The position numbers were made by a program, and so were the translations under genes. A stretch of 53,533 nucleotides of DNA, from positions 1 through 53,533 of the forward strand of contig JBHGNT010000206.1 of the NCBI GenBank assembly GCA_043228905.1, read 5' to 3'. Positions within the stretch are counted from its first letter, which is position 1. The number at the start of each line of letters is the position of its first letter. This document shows, one piece after another, positions 1-12,393 of the stretch. The stretch comes from Azolla caroliniana (Eukaryota; Plantae; Polypodiophyta). The notes below the pieces were generated by a model. That model was not told the DNA's origin and made no database searches. It saw only the letters and a list, made by a program, of their open reading frames with translations.

Positions 1-3000
1 ATGGTCATACCTAGCTCCTGTGATATCGGATTTTTGTGTTCAAACATGCGAATCGAAGCTAACAACGCTAGCTATGATATGGAATTAAAAAATCTAGATT
101 TTGAAACTCAGGTCGAGAGACATGACGAAATTAGCAAAATTGAGGAGGGACTTGAGAAGAGCCCGTGAGTAAATTAAAATGGTCATACCTGGCTCCTGTG
201 ATATCGGATTTTGGTGTTCAAACATCCGAATCGAAGCTAACAACGCTAGCTATGCTACACAATTAAAAAATCAAGACTTTGAAACTCAGGTCGAGAGACA
301 TGAAGAAATTTGCAAAATTGAGAAGGGACTTGAGAAGAGCCCGTGAGTAAATTAAAATGGTCATACCTGGCTCCTGTGATATCGGATTTTTGTGTTCAAA
401 CATGCGAATCGAAGCTAACAACGCTAGCTATGATATGGAATTAAAAAATCCAGATTTTGAAACTCAGGTCGAGAGACATGAAGAAATTTGCAAAATTGAG
501 AAGGGACTTGAGAAGAGCCCGTGAGTAAATTAAAATGGTCATACCTGGCTCCTGTGATATCAGATTTTTGTGTTCAAACATCCGAATCGAAGCTAACAAC
601 GTTAGCTATGCTACACAATTAAAAAATCAAGATTTTGAAACTCAGGTCGAGAAACATGAAGAAATTAGCAAAATTGAGGAGGGACTTGAGAAGAGCCCGT
701 GAGTAAATTAAAATGGTCATACCTGGCTCGTGTGATATCGGATTTTTGTGTTCAAGTGTGCGAATCGAAGCTAACAACGCTAGCTATGATACTGAACTAA
801 AAAATCAACGCTAGCTGTGATACTGAAGAAATTAGCAAAATTGAGGAGGGACTTGAGAAGAGCCCGTGAGTAAATTATAATGGTCATACTTGGCTCCTGT
901 GATATCGGATTTTTGTGTTCAAACATCCGAATCGAAGCTAACAACGCTAGCTATGCTACACAATAAAAAAATCAAGATTTTGAAACTCAGGTCGAGAGAC
1001 ATGAAGAAATTTACAAAATTGAAAACGGACTTGAGAAGAGCCCGTGAGTAAATTAAAATGGTCATACCTGGCTCCTGTGATATCGGATTTTGGTGTTCAA
1101 GTGTGCGAATCGAAGCTAATAACGCTAGCTGTGATATGGAATTAAAAAATCAAGATTTTGAAACTCAGGTCGAGAGACATGACGAAATTAGCAAAATTGA
1201 GGAGGGACTTGAGAAGAGCTCGTGAGTAAATTAAAATGCTCATACCTGGCTCCTGTGATATCGGATTTTTGTGTTCAAACATGCGAATCGAAGCTAACAA
1301 CGCTAGCTATGATATGGAATTAAAAAATCAAGATTTGGAAACTCAGGTCGAGAGACATGAAGAAATTAGCAAAATTGAGGAGGGACTTGAGAAGAGCCCG
1401 TGAGTAAATTAAAATGGTCATACCTGGCTCCTGTGATATCGGATTTTTGTGTTCAAACATCCGAATCGAAGCTAACAACGTTAGCTATGCTACACAATTA
1501 AAAAATCAAGATTTTGAAACTCAGATCGAGAGACATGACGAAATTAGCAAAATTGAGGAGGGAATTGAGAAGAGCCCGTGAGTAAATTAAAATGGTCATA
1601 CCTGGCTCCTGTGATATCGGATTTTTGTGTTCAAACATGCGAATCGAAGCTAACAACGCTAGCTATGATATGGAATTAAAAAATCAAGATTTTGAAACTC
1701 AGATCGAGAGACATGACGAAATTAGCAAAATTGAGGAGGGACTTGAGAAGAGCCCGTGAGTAAATTAAAATGGTCATACCTGGCTCCTGTGATATCGGAT
1801 TTTTGTGTTCAAGTGTGCGAATCGAAGCTAATAACGCTAGCTATGATATGGAATTAAAAAATCAAGATTTTGAAACTCAGGTCGAGAGACATGACGAAAT
1901 TAGCAAAATTGAGGAGGGACTTGAGAAGAGCCCGTGAGTAAATTAAAATGGTCATACCTGGCTCCTGTGATATCGGATTTTTGTGTTCAAACATGCGAAT
2001 CGAAGCTAACAACGCTAGCTATGATATGGAATTAAAAAATCCAGATTTTGAAACTCAGGTCGAGAGACATGACGAAATTAGCAAAATTGAGGAGGGACTT
2101 GAGAAGAGCCCGTGAGTAAATTATAATGGTCATACCTGGCTCCTGTGATATCGGATTTTTGTGTTCAAACATGCGAATCGAAGCTAACAACGCTAGCTAT
2201 GATATGGAATTAAAAAATCTAGATTTTGAAACTCAGGTCGAGAGACATGACGAAATTAGCAAAATTGAGGAGGGACTTGAGAAGAGCCCGTGAGTAAATT
2301 AAAATGGTCATACCTGGCTCCTGTGATATCGGATTTTGGTGTTCAAACATCCGAATCGAAGCTAACAACGCTAGCTATGCTACACAATTAAAAAATCAAG
2401 AGTTTGAAACTCAGGTCGAGAGACATGAAGTAATTAGCAAAATTAAAGAGGGACTTGAGAAGAGCCCGTGAGTAAATTATAATGGTCATACCTAGCTCCT
2501 GTGATATCGGATTTTTGTGTTCAAACATGCGAATCGAAGCTAACAACGCTAGCTATGATATGGAATTAAAAAATCTAGATTTTGAAACTCAGGTCGAGAG
2601 ACATGACGAAATTAGCAAAATTGAGGAGGGACTTGAGAAGAGCCCGTGAGTAAATTAAAATGGTCATACCTGGCTCCTGTGATATCGGATTTTGGTGTTC
2701 AAACATCCGAATCGAAGCTAACAACGCTAGCTATGCTACACAATTAAAAAATCAAGACTTTGAAACTCAGGTCGAGAGACATGAAGAAATTTGCAAAATT
2801 GAGAAGGGACTTGAGAAGAGCCCGTGAGTAAATTAAAATGGTCATACCTGGCTCCTGTGATATCGGATTTTTGTGTTCAAACATGCGAATCGAAGCTAAC
2901 AACGCTAGCTATGATATGGAATTAAAAAATCAACGCTAGCTGTGATACTGAAGAAATTAGCAAAATTGAGGAGGGACTTGAGAAGAGCCCGTGAGTAAAT

Positions 3001-6000
3001 TATAATGGTCATACTTGGCTCCTGTGATATCGGATTTTTGTGTTCAAACATCCGAATCGAAGCTAACAACGCTAGCTATGCTACACAATAAAAAAATCAA
3101 GATTTTGAAACTCAGGTCGAGAGACATGAAGAAATTTACAAAATTGAAAACGGACTTGAGAAGAGCCCGTGAGTAAATTAAAATGGTCATACCTGGCTCC
3201 TGTGATATCGGATTTTGGTGTTCAAGTGTGCGAATCGAAGCTAATAACGCTAGCTGTGATATGGAATTAAAAAATCAAGATTTTGAAACTCAGGTCGAGA
3301 GACATGACGAAATTAGCAAAATTGAGGAGGGACTTGAGAAGAGCCCGTGAGTAAATTAAAATGGTCATACCTGGCTCCTGTGATATCGGATTTTTGTGTT
3401 CAAACATGCGAATCGAAGCTAACAACGCTAGCTATGATATGGAATTAAAAAATCAAGATTTGGAAACTCAGGTCGAGAGACATGAAGAAATTTGCAAAAT
3501 TGAGAAGGGACTTGAGAAGAGCCCGTGAGTAAATTAAAATGGTGATACCTGGCTCCTGTGATATCAGATTTTTGTGTTCAAACATCCGAATCGAAGCTAA
3601 CAACGTTAGCTATGCTACACAATTAAAAAATCAAGATTTTGAAACTCAGGTCGAGAAACATGAAGAAATTAGCAAAATTGAGGAGGGACTTGAGAAGAGC
3701 CCGTGAGTAAATTAAAATGGTCATACCTGGCTCGTGTGATATCGGATTTTTGTGTTCAAGTGTGCGAATCGAAGCTAACAACGCTAGCTATGATACTGAA
3801 CTAAAAAATCAACGCTAGCTATGATACTGAAGAAATTAGCAAAATTGAGGAGGGACTTGAGAAGAGCCCGTGAGTAAATTATAATGGTCATACTTGGCTC
3901 CTGTGATATCGGATTTTTGTGTTCAAACATCCGAATCGAAGCTAACAACGCTAGCTATGCTACACAATAAAAAAATCAAGATTTTGAAACTCAGGTCGAG
4001 AGACATGAAGAAATTTACAAAATTGAAAACGGACTTGAGAAGAGCCCGTGACTAAATTAAAATGGTCATACCTGGCTCCTGTGATATCGGATTTTGGTGT
4101 TCAAACATCCGAATCGAAGCTAACAACGTTAGCTATGCTACACAATTAAAAAATCAAGATTTTGAAACTCAGGTCGAGAAACATGAAGAAATTAGCAAAA
4201 TTGAGGAGGGACTTGAGAAGAGCCCGTGAGTAAATTAAAATGGTCATACCTGGCTCGTGTGATATCGGATTTTTGTGTTCAAGTGTGCGAATCGAAGCTA
4301 ACAACGCTAGCTATGATACTGAACTAAAAAATCAACGCTAGCTATGATACTGAAGAAATTAGCAAAATTGAGGAGGGACTTGAGAAGAGCCCGTGAGTAA
4401 ATTATAATGGTCATACCTGGCTCCTGTGATATCGGATTTTTGTGTTCAAACATGCGAATCGAAGCTAACAACGCTAGCTATGATATGGAATTAAAAAATC
4501 TAGATTTTGAAACTCAGGTCGAGAGACATGACGAAATTAGCAAAATTGAGGAGGGACTTGAGAAGAGCCCGTGAGTAAATTAAAATGGTCATACCTGGCT
4601 CCTGTGATATCGGATTTTGGTGTTCAAACATCCGAATCGAAGCTAACAACGCTAGCTATGCTACACAATTAAAAAATCAAGATTTTGAAACTCAGATCGA
4701 GAGACATGACGAAATTAGCAAAATTGAGGAGGGACTTGAGAAGAGCCCGTGAGTAAATTAAAATGGTCATACCTGGCTCCTGTGATATCGGATTTTTGTG
4801 TTCAAACATCCGAATCGAAGCTAACAACGTTAGCTGTGTTACACCATTAAAAAATCAAGATTTGGAAACTCAGGTCGAGAGACATGAAGAAATTAGCAAA
4901 ATTGAGGAGGGACTTGAGAAGAGCCCGTGAGTAAATTAAAATGGTCATACCTGGCTCCTGTGATATCGGATTTTTGTGTTCAAACATGCGAATCGAAGCT
5001 AACAACGCTAGCTATGATATGGAATTAAAAAATCCAGATTTTGAAACTCAGGTCGAGAGACATGACGAAATTAGCAAAATTGAGGAGGGACTTGAGAAGA
5101 GCCCGTGAGTAAATTATAATGGTCATACCTGGCTCCTGTGATATCGGATTTTTGTGTTCAAACATGCGAATCGAAGCTAACAACGCTAGCTATGATATGG
5201 AATTAAAAAATCTAGATTTTGAAACTCAGGTCGAGAGACATGACGAAATTAGCAAAATTGAGGAGGGACTTGAGAAGAGCCCGTGAGTAAATTAAAATGG
5301 TCATACCTGGCTCCTGTGATATCGGATTTTGGTGTTCAAACATCCGAATCGAAGCTAACAACGCTAGCTATGATATGGAATTAAAAAATCAAGACTTTGA
5401 AACTCAGGTCGAGAGACATGAAGTAATTAGCAAAATTAAAGAGGGACTTGAGAAGAGCCCGTGAGTAAATTATAATGGTCATACCTAGCTCCTGTGATAT
5501 CGGATTTTTGTGTTCAAACATGCGAATCGAAGCTAACAACGCTAGCTATGATATGGAATTAAAAAATCTAGATTTTGAAACTCAGGTCGAGAGACATGAC
5601 GAAATTAGCAAAATTGAGGAGGGACTTGAGAAGAGCCCGTGAGTAAATTAAAATGGTCATACCTGGCTCCTGTGATATCGGATTTTTGTGTTCAAACATG
5701 CGAATCGAAGCTAACAACGCTAGCTATGATATGGAATTAAAAAATCCAGATTTTGAAACTCAGGTCGAGAGACATGACGAAATTAGCAAAATTGAGGAGG
5801 GACTTGAGAAGAGCCCGTTAGTAAATTAAAATGGTCATACCTGGCTCCTGTGATATCGGATTTTTGTGTTCAAACATGCGAATCGAAGCTAACAACGCTA
5901 GCTATGATATGGAATTAAAAAATCCAGATTTTGAAACTCAGGGCGAGAGACATGATGAAATTAGCAAAATTAAAGAGGGACTTGAGAAGAGCCCGTGAGT

Positions 6001-6364
6001 AAATTAAAATGGTCATACCTGGCTCCTGTGATATCGGATTTTGGTGTTCAAACATCCGAATCGAAGCTAACAACGCTAGCTATGATATGGAATTAAAAAA
6101 TCTAGATTTTGAAACTCAGGTCGAGAGACATGACGAAATTAGCAAAATTGAGGAGGGACTTGAGAAGAGCCCGTGAGTAAATTAAAATGGTCATACCTGG
6201 CTCCTGTGATATCGGATTTTGGTGTTCAAACATCCGAATCGAAGCTAACAACGCTAGCTATGCTACACAATTAAAAAATCAAGACTTTGAAACTCAGGTC
6301 GAGAGACATGAAGTAATTTGCAAAATTGAGAAGGGACTTGAGAAGAGCCCGTGAGTAAATTAAA

Positions 6365-9300
6365 ATGGTCATACCTGGCTCCTGTGATATCGGATTTTTG
6401 TGTTCAAACATGCGAATCGAAGCTAACAACGCTAGCTATGATATGGAATTAAAAAATCCAGATTTTGAAACTCAGGTCGAGAGACATGAAGAAATTTGCA
6501 AAATTGAGAAGGGACTTGAGAAGAGCCCGTGAGTAAATTAAAATGGTCATACCTGGCTCCTGTGATATCAGATTTTTGTGTTCAAACATCCGAATCGAAG
6601 CTAACAACGTTAGCTATGCTACACAATTAAAAAATCAAGATTTTGAAACTCAGGTCGAGAAACATGAAGAAATTAGCAAAATTGAGGAGGGACTTGAGAA
6701 GAGCCCGTGAGTAAATTAAAATGGTCATACCTGGCTCGTGTGATATCGGATTTTTGTGTTCAAGTGTGCGAATCGAAGCTAACAACGCTAGCTATGATAC
6801 TGAACTAAAAAATCAACGCTAGCTATGATACTGAAGAAATTAGCAAAATTGAGGAGGGACTTGAGAAGAGCCCGTGAGTAAATTATAATGGTCATACTTG
6901 GCTCCTGTGATATCGGATTTTTGTGTTCAAACATCCGAATCGAAGCTAACAACGCTAGCTATGCTACACAATAAAAAAATCAAGATTTTGAAACTCAGGT
7001 CGAGAGACATGAAGAAATTTACAAAATTGAAAACGGACTTGAGAAGAGCCCGTGAGTAAATTAAAATGGTCATACCTGGCTCCTGTGATATCGGATTTTG
7101 GTGTTCAAGTGTGCGAATCGAAGCTAATAACGCTAGCTGTGATATGGAATTAAAAAATCAAGATTTTGAAACTCAGGTCGAGAGACATGACGAAATTAGC
7201 AAAATTGAGGAGGGACTTGAGAAGAGCCCGTGAGTAAATTAAAATGCTCATACCTGGCTCCTGTGATATCGGATTTTTGTGTTCAAACATGCGAATCGAA
7301 GCTAACAACGCTAGCTATGATATGGAATTAAAAAATCAAGATTTGGAAACTCAGGTCGAGAGACATGAAGAAATTAGCAAAATTGAGGAGGGACTTGAGA
7401 AGAGCCCGTGAGTAAATTAAAATGGTCATACCTGGCTCCTGTGATATCGGATTTTTGTGTTCAAACATCCGAATCGAAGCTAACAACGTTAGCTATGCTA
7501 CACAATTAAAAAATCAAGATTTTGAAACTCAGATCGAGAGACATGACGAAATTAGCAAAATTGAGGAGGGAATTGAGAAGAGCCCGTGAGTAAATTAAAA
7601 TGGTCATACCTGGCTCCTGTGATATCGGATTTTTGTGTTCAAACATGCGAATCGAAGCTAACAACGCTAGCTATGATATGGAATTAAAAAATCAAGATTT
7701 TGAAACTCAGATCGAGAGACATGACGAAATTAGCAAAATCGAGGAGGGACTTGAGAAGAGCCCGTGAGTAAATTAAAATGGTCATACCTGGCTCCTGTGA
7801 TATCGGATTTTTGTGTTCAAACATGCGAATCGAAGCTAACAACGCTAGCTATGCTACACAATTAAAAAATCAAGATTTTGAAACTCAGGTCAAGAGACAT
7901 GAAGACATTTGCAAAATTGAGAAGGGACTTGAGAAGAGCCCGTGAGTAAATTAAAATGGTCATACCTGGCTCCTGTGATATCGGATTTTTGTGTTCAAAC
8001 ATGCGAATCGAAGCTAACAACGCTAGCTATGCTACACAATTAAAAAATCAAGATTTTGAAACTCAGGTCGAGAGACATGAAGAAATTAGCGAAATTGAGG
8101 AGGGACTTGAGAAGAGCTCGTGAGTAAATTAAAATGGTCATACCTGGCTCCTGTGATATCGGATTTTTGTGTTCAAACATGCGAATCGAAGCTAACAACG
8201 CTAGCTATGCTACACAATTAAAAAATCAAGATTTTGAAACTCAGGTCGAGAGACATGAAGAAATTAGCAAAATTAAGGAAGGACTTGAGAAGAGCCCGTG
8301 AGTAAATTAAAATGGTCATACCTGGCTCCTGTGATATCGGATTTTTGTGTTCAAACATGCGAATCGAAGCTAACAACGCTAGCTATGATATGGAATTAAA
8401 AAATCAAGATTTTGAAACTTAGGTCGAGAGACATGACGAAATTAGCAAAATCGAGGAGGGACTTGAGAAGAGCCCGTGAGTAAATTAAAATGCTCATACC
8501 TGGCTCCTGTGATATCGGATTTTTGTGATCAAACATGCGAATCGAAGCTAACAACGCTAGCTATGCTACACAATTAAAAAATCAAGATTTTGAAACTCAG
8601 GTCGAGAGACATGAAGAAATTTGCAAAATTGAGAAGGGACTTGAGAAGAGCCCGTGAGTAAATTAAAATGGTCATACCTGGCTCCTGTGATATCGGATTT
8701 TTGTGTTCAAACATGCGAATCGAAGCTAACAACGCTAGCTATGATATGGAATTAAAAAATCCAGATTTTGAAACTCAGGTCGAGAGACATGAAGAAATTT
8801 GCAAAATTGAGAAGGGACTTGAGAAGAGCCCGTGAGTAAATTAAAATGGTCATACCTGGCTCCTGTGATATCAGATTTTTGTGTTCAAACATCCGAATCG
8901 AAGCTAACAACGTTAGCTATGCTACACAATTAAAAAATCAAGATTTTGAAACTCAGGTCGAGAAACATGAAGAAATTAGCAAAATTGAGGAGGGACTTGA
9001 GAAGAGCCCGTGAGTAAATTAAAATGGTCATACCTGGCTCGTGTGATATCGGATTTTTGTGTTCAAGTGTGCGAATCGAAGCTAACAACGCTAGCTATGA
9101 TACTGAACTAAAAAATCAACGCTAGCTATGATACTGAAGAAATTAGCAAAATTGAGGAGGGACTTGAGAAGAGCCCGTGAGTAAATTATAATGGTCATAC
9201 TTGGCTCCTGTGATATCGGATTTTTGTGTTCAAACATCCGAATCGAAGCTAACAACGCTAGCTATGCTACACAATAAAAAAATCAAGATTTTGAAACTCA

Positions 9301-10970
9301 GGTCGAGAGACATGAAGAAATTTACAAAATTGAAAACGGACTTGAGAAGAGCCCGTGAGTAAATTAAAATGGTCATACCTGGCTCCTGTGATATCGGATT
9401 TTGGTGTTCAAGTGTGCGAATCGAAGCTAATAACGCTAGCTGTGATATGGAATTAAAAAATCAAGATTTTGAAACTCAGGTCGAGAGACATGACGAAATT
9501 AGCAAAATTGAGGAGGGACTTGAGAAGAGCCCGTGAGTAAATTAAAATGCTCATACGTGGCTCCTGTGATATCGGATTTTTGTGTTCAAACATGCGAATC
9601 GAAGCTAACAACGCTAGCTATGATATGGAATTAAAAAATCAAGATTTGGAAACTTAGGTCGAGAGACATGAAGAAATTAGCAAAATTGAGGAGGGACTTG
9701 AGAAGAGCCCGTGAGTAAATTAAAATGGTCATACCTGGCTCCTGTGATATCGGATTTTTGTGTTCAAACATCCGAATCGAAGCTAACAACGTTAGCTATG
9801 CTACACAATTAAAAAATCAAGATTTTGAAACTCAGATCGAGAGACATGACGAAATTAGCAAAATTGAGGAGGGAATTGAGAAGAGCCCGTGAGTAAATTA
9901 AAATGGTCATACCTGGCTCCTGTGATATCGGATTTTTGTGTTCAAACATGCGAATCGAAGCTAACAACGCTAGCTATGATATGGAATTAAAAAATCAAGA
10001 TTTTGAAACTCAGATCGAGAGACATGACGAAATTAGCAAAATCGAGGAGGGACTTGAGAAGAGCCCGTGAGTAAATTAAAATGGTCATACCTGGCTCCTG
10101 TGATATCGGATTTTTGTGTTCAAACATGCGAATCGAAGCTAACAACGCTAGCTATGCTACACAATTAAAAAATCAAGATTTTGAAACTCAGGTCAAGAGA
10201 CATGAAGACATTTGCAAAATTGAGAAGGGACTTGAGAAGAGCCCGTGAGTAAATTAAAATGGTCATACCTGGCTCCTGTGATATCGGATTTTTGTGTTCA
10301 AACATGCGAATCGAAGCTAACAACGCTAGCTATGCAACACAATTAAAAAATCAAGATTTTGAAACTCAGGTCGAGAGACATGAAGAAATTAGCGAAATTG
10401 AGGAGGGACTTGAGAAGAGCTCGTGAGTAAATTAAAATGGTCATACCTGGCTCCTGTGATATCGGATTTTTGTGTTCAAACATGCGAATCGAAGCTAACA
10501 ACGCTAGCTATGCTACACAATTAAAAAATCAAGATTTTGAAACTCAGGTCGAGAGACATGAAGAAATTAGCAAAATTAAGGAAGGACTTGAGAAGAGCCC
10601 GTGAGTAAATTAAAATGGTCATACCTGGCTCCTGTGATATCGGATTTTTGTGTTCAAACATGCGAATCGAAGCTAACAACGCTAGCTATGATATGGAATT
10701 AAAAAATCAAGATTTTGAAACTTAGGTCGAGAGACATGACGAAATTAGCAAAATCGAGGAGGGACTTGAGAAGAGCCCGTGAGTAAATTAAAATGCTCAT
10801 ACCTGGCTCCTGTGATATCGGATTTTTGTGATCAAACATGCGAATCGAAGCTAACAACGCTAGCTATGCTACACAATTAAAAAATCAAGATTTTGAAACT
10901 CAGGTCGAGAGACATGAAGAAATTTGCAAAATTGAGAAGGGACTTGAGAAGAGCCCGTGAGTAAATTAAA
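6365..10970. repeat. 13-mer higher-order repeat, 2 x 2303 bp (12x178 + 167)
   Basis: The 167-bp variant lies at 6721 and 9024. Rare variants GTGATCAAAC, CAAGAGACATGAAGACATTT and ATTAGCGAAATT each recur at a 2303-bp offset. Confidence 0.92.
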
Positions 10971-12393
10971 ATGGTCATACCTGGCTCCTGTGATATCGGA
11001 TTTTTGTGTTCAAACATGCGAATCGAAGCTAACAACGCTAGCTATGATATGGAATTAAAAAATCCAGATTTTGAAACTCAGGTCGAGAGACATGAAGAAA
11101 TTAGCAAAATTGAGAAGGGACTTGAGAAGAGCCCGTGAGTAAATTAAAATGGTCATACCTGGCTCCTGTGATATCGGATTTTTGTGTTCAAACATCCGAA
11201 TCGAAGCTAACAACGCTAGCTATGCTACACAATTAAAAAATCAAGACTTTGAAACTCAGGTCGAGAAACATGAAGAAATTAGCAAAATATAGGAGGGACT
11301 TGAGAAGAGCCCGTGAGTAAATTAAAATGGTCATACCTGGCTCCTGTGATATCGGATTTTTGTGTTCAAACATCCGAATCGAAGCTAACAACGCTAGCTA
11401 TGCTACACAATTAAAAAATCAAGATTTTGAAACTCAGATCGAGAGACATGACGAAATTAGCAAAATTGAGGAGGGACTTGAGAAGAGCCCGTGAGTAAAT
11501 TAAAATGGTCATACCTGGCTCCTGTGATATCGGATTTTTGTGTTCAAACATGCGAATCGAAGCTAACAACGCTAGCTATGATATGGAATTAAAAAATCCA
11601 GATTTTGAAACTCAGGTCGAGAGACATGAAGAAATTAGCAAAATTGAGAAGGGACTTGAGAAGAGCCCGTGAGTAAATTAAAATGGTCATACCTGGCTCC
11701 TGTGATATCGTATTTTTGTGTTCAAACATCCGAATCGAAGCTAACAACGCTAGCTATGATATGGAATTAAAAAATCAAGATTTTGAAACTCAGGTCGAGA
11801 AACATGAAGAAATTAGCAAAATATAGGAGGGACTTGAGAAGAGCCCGTGAGTAAATTAAAATGGTCATACCTGGCTCCTGTGATATCGGATTTTTGTGTT
11901 CAAACATCCGAATCGAAGCTAACAACGCTAGCTATGCTACACAATTAAAAAATCAAGATTTTGAAACTCAGATCGAGAGACATGACGAAATTAGCAAAAT
12001 TGAGGAGGGACTTGAGAAGAGCCCGTGAGTAAATTAAAATGGTCATACCTGGCTCCTGTGATATCGGATTTTTGTGTTCAAACATGCGAATCGAAGCTAA
12101 CAACGCTAGCTATGATATGGAATTAAAAAATCCAGATTTTGAAACTCAGGTCGAGAGACATGAAGAAATTAGCAAAATTGAGAAGGGACTTGAGAAGAGC
12201 CCGTGAGTAAATTAAAATGGTCATACCTGGCTCCTGTGATATCGTATTTTTGTGTTCAAACATCCGAATCGAAGCTAACAACGCTAGCTATGCTACACAA
12301 TTAAAAAATCAAGATTTTGAAACTCAGGTCGAGAGACATGACGAAATTAGCAAAATTGAGGAGGGACTTGAGAAGAGCCCGTGAGTAATTAAA
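10971..12393. repeat. 3-mer (534-bp) local higher-order repeat
   Basis: AAATATAGGAGG at ~11286 and ~11820, and ATCGTATTTT at 11707 and 12241. Confidence 0.8.

Noticed and set aside
1-178. Identity with Arabidopsis CEN178 or Brassica CentBr
   Set aside because: The length is similar but the sequence does not resemble those consensuses as I recall them. Naming the family needs a database search.
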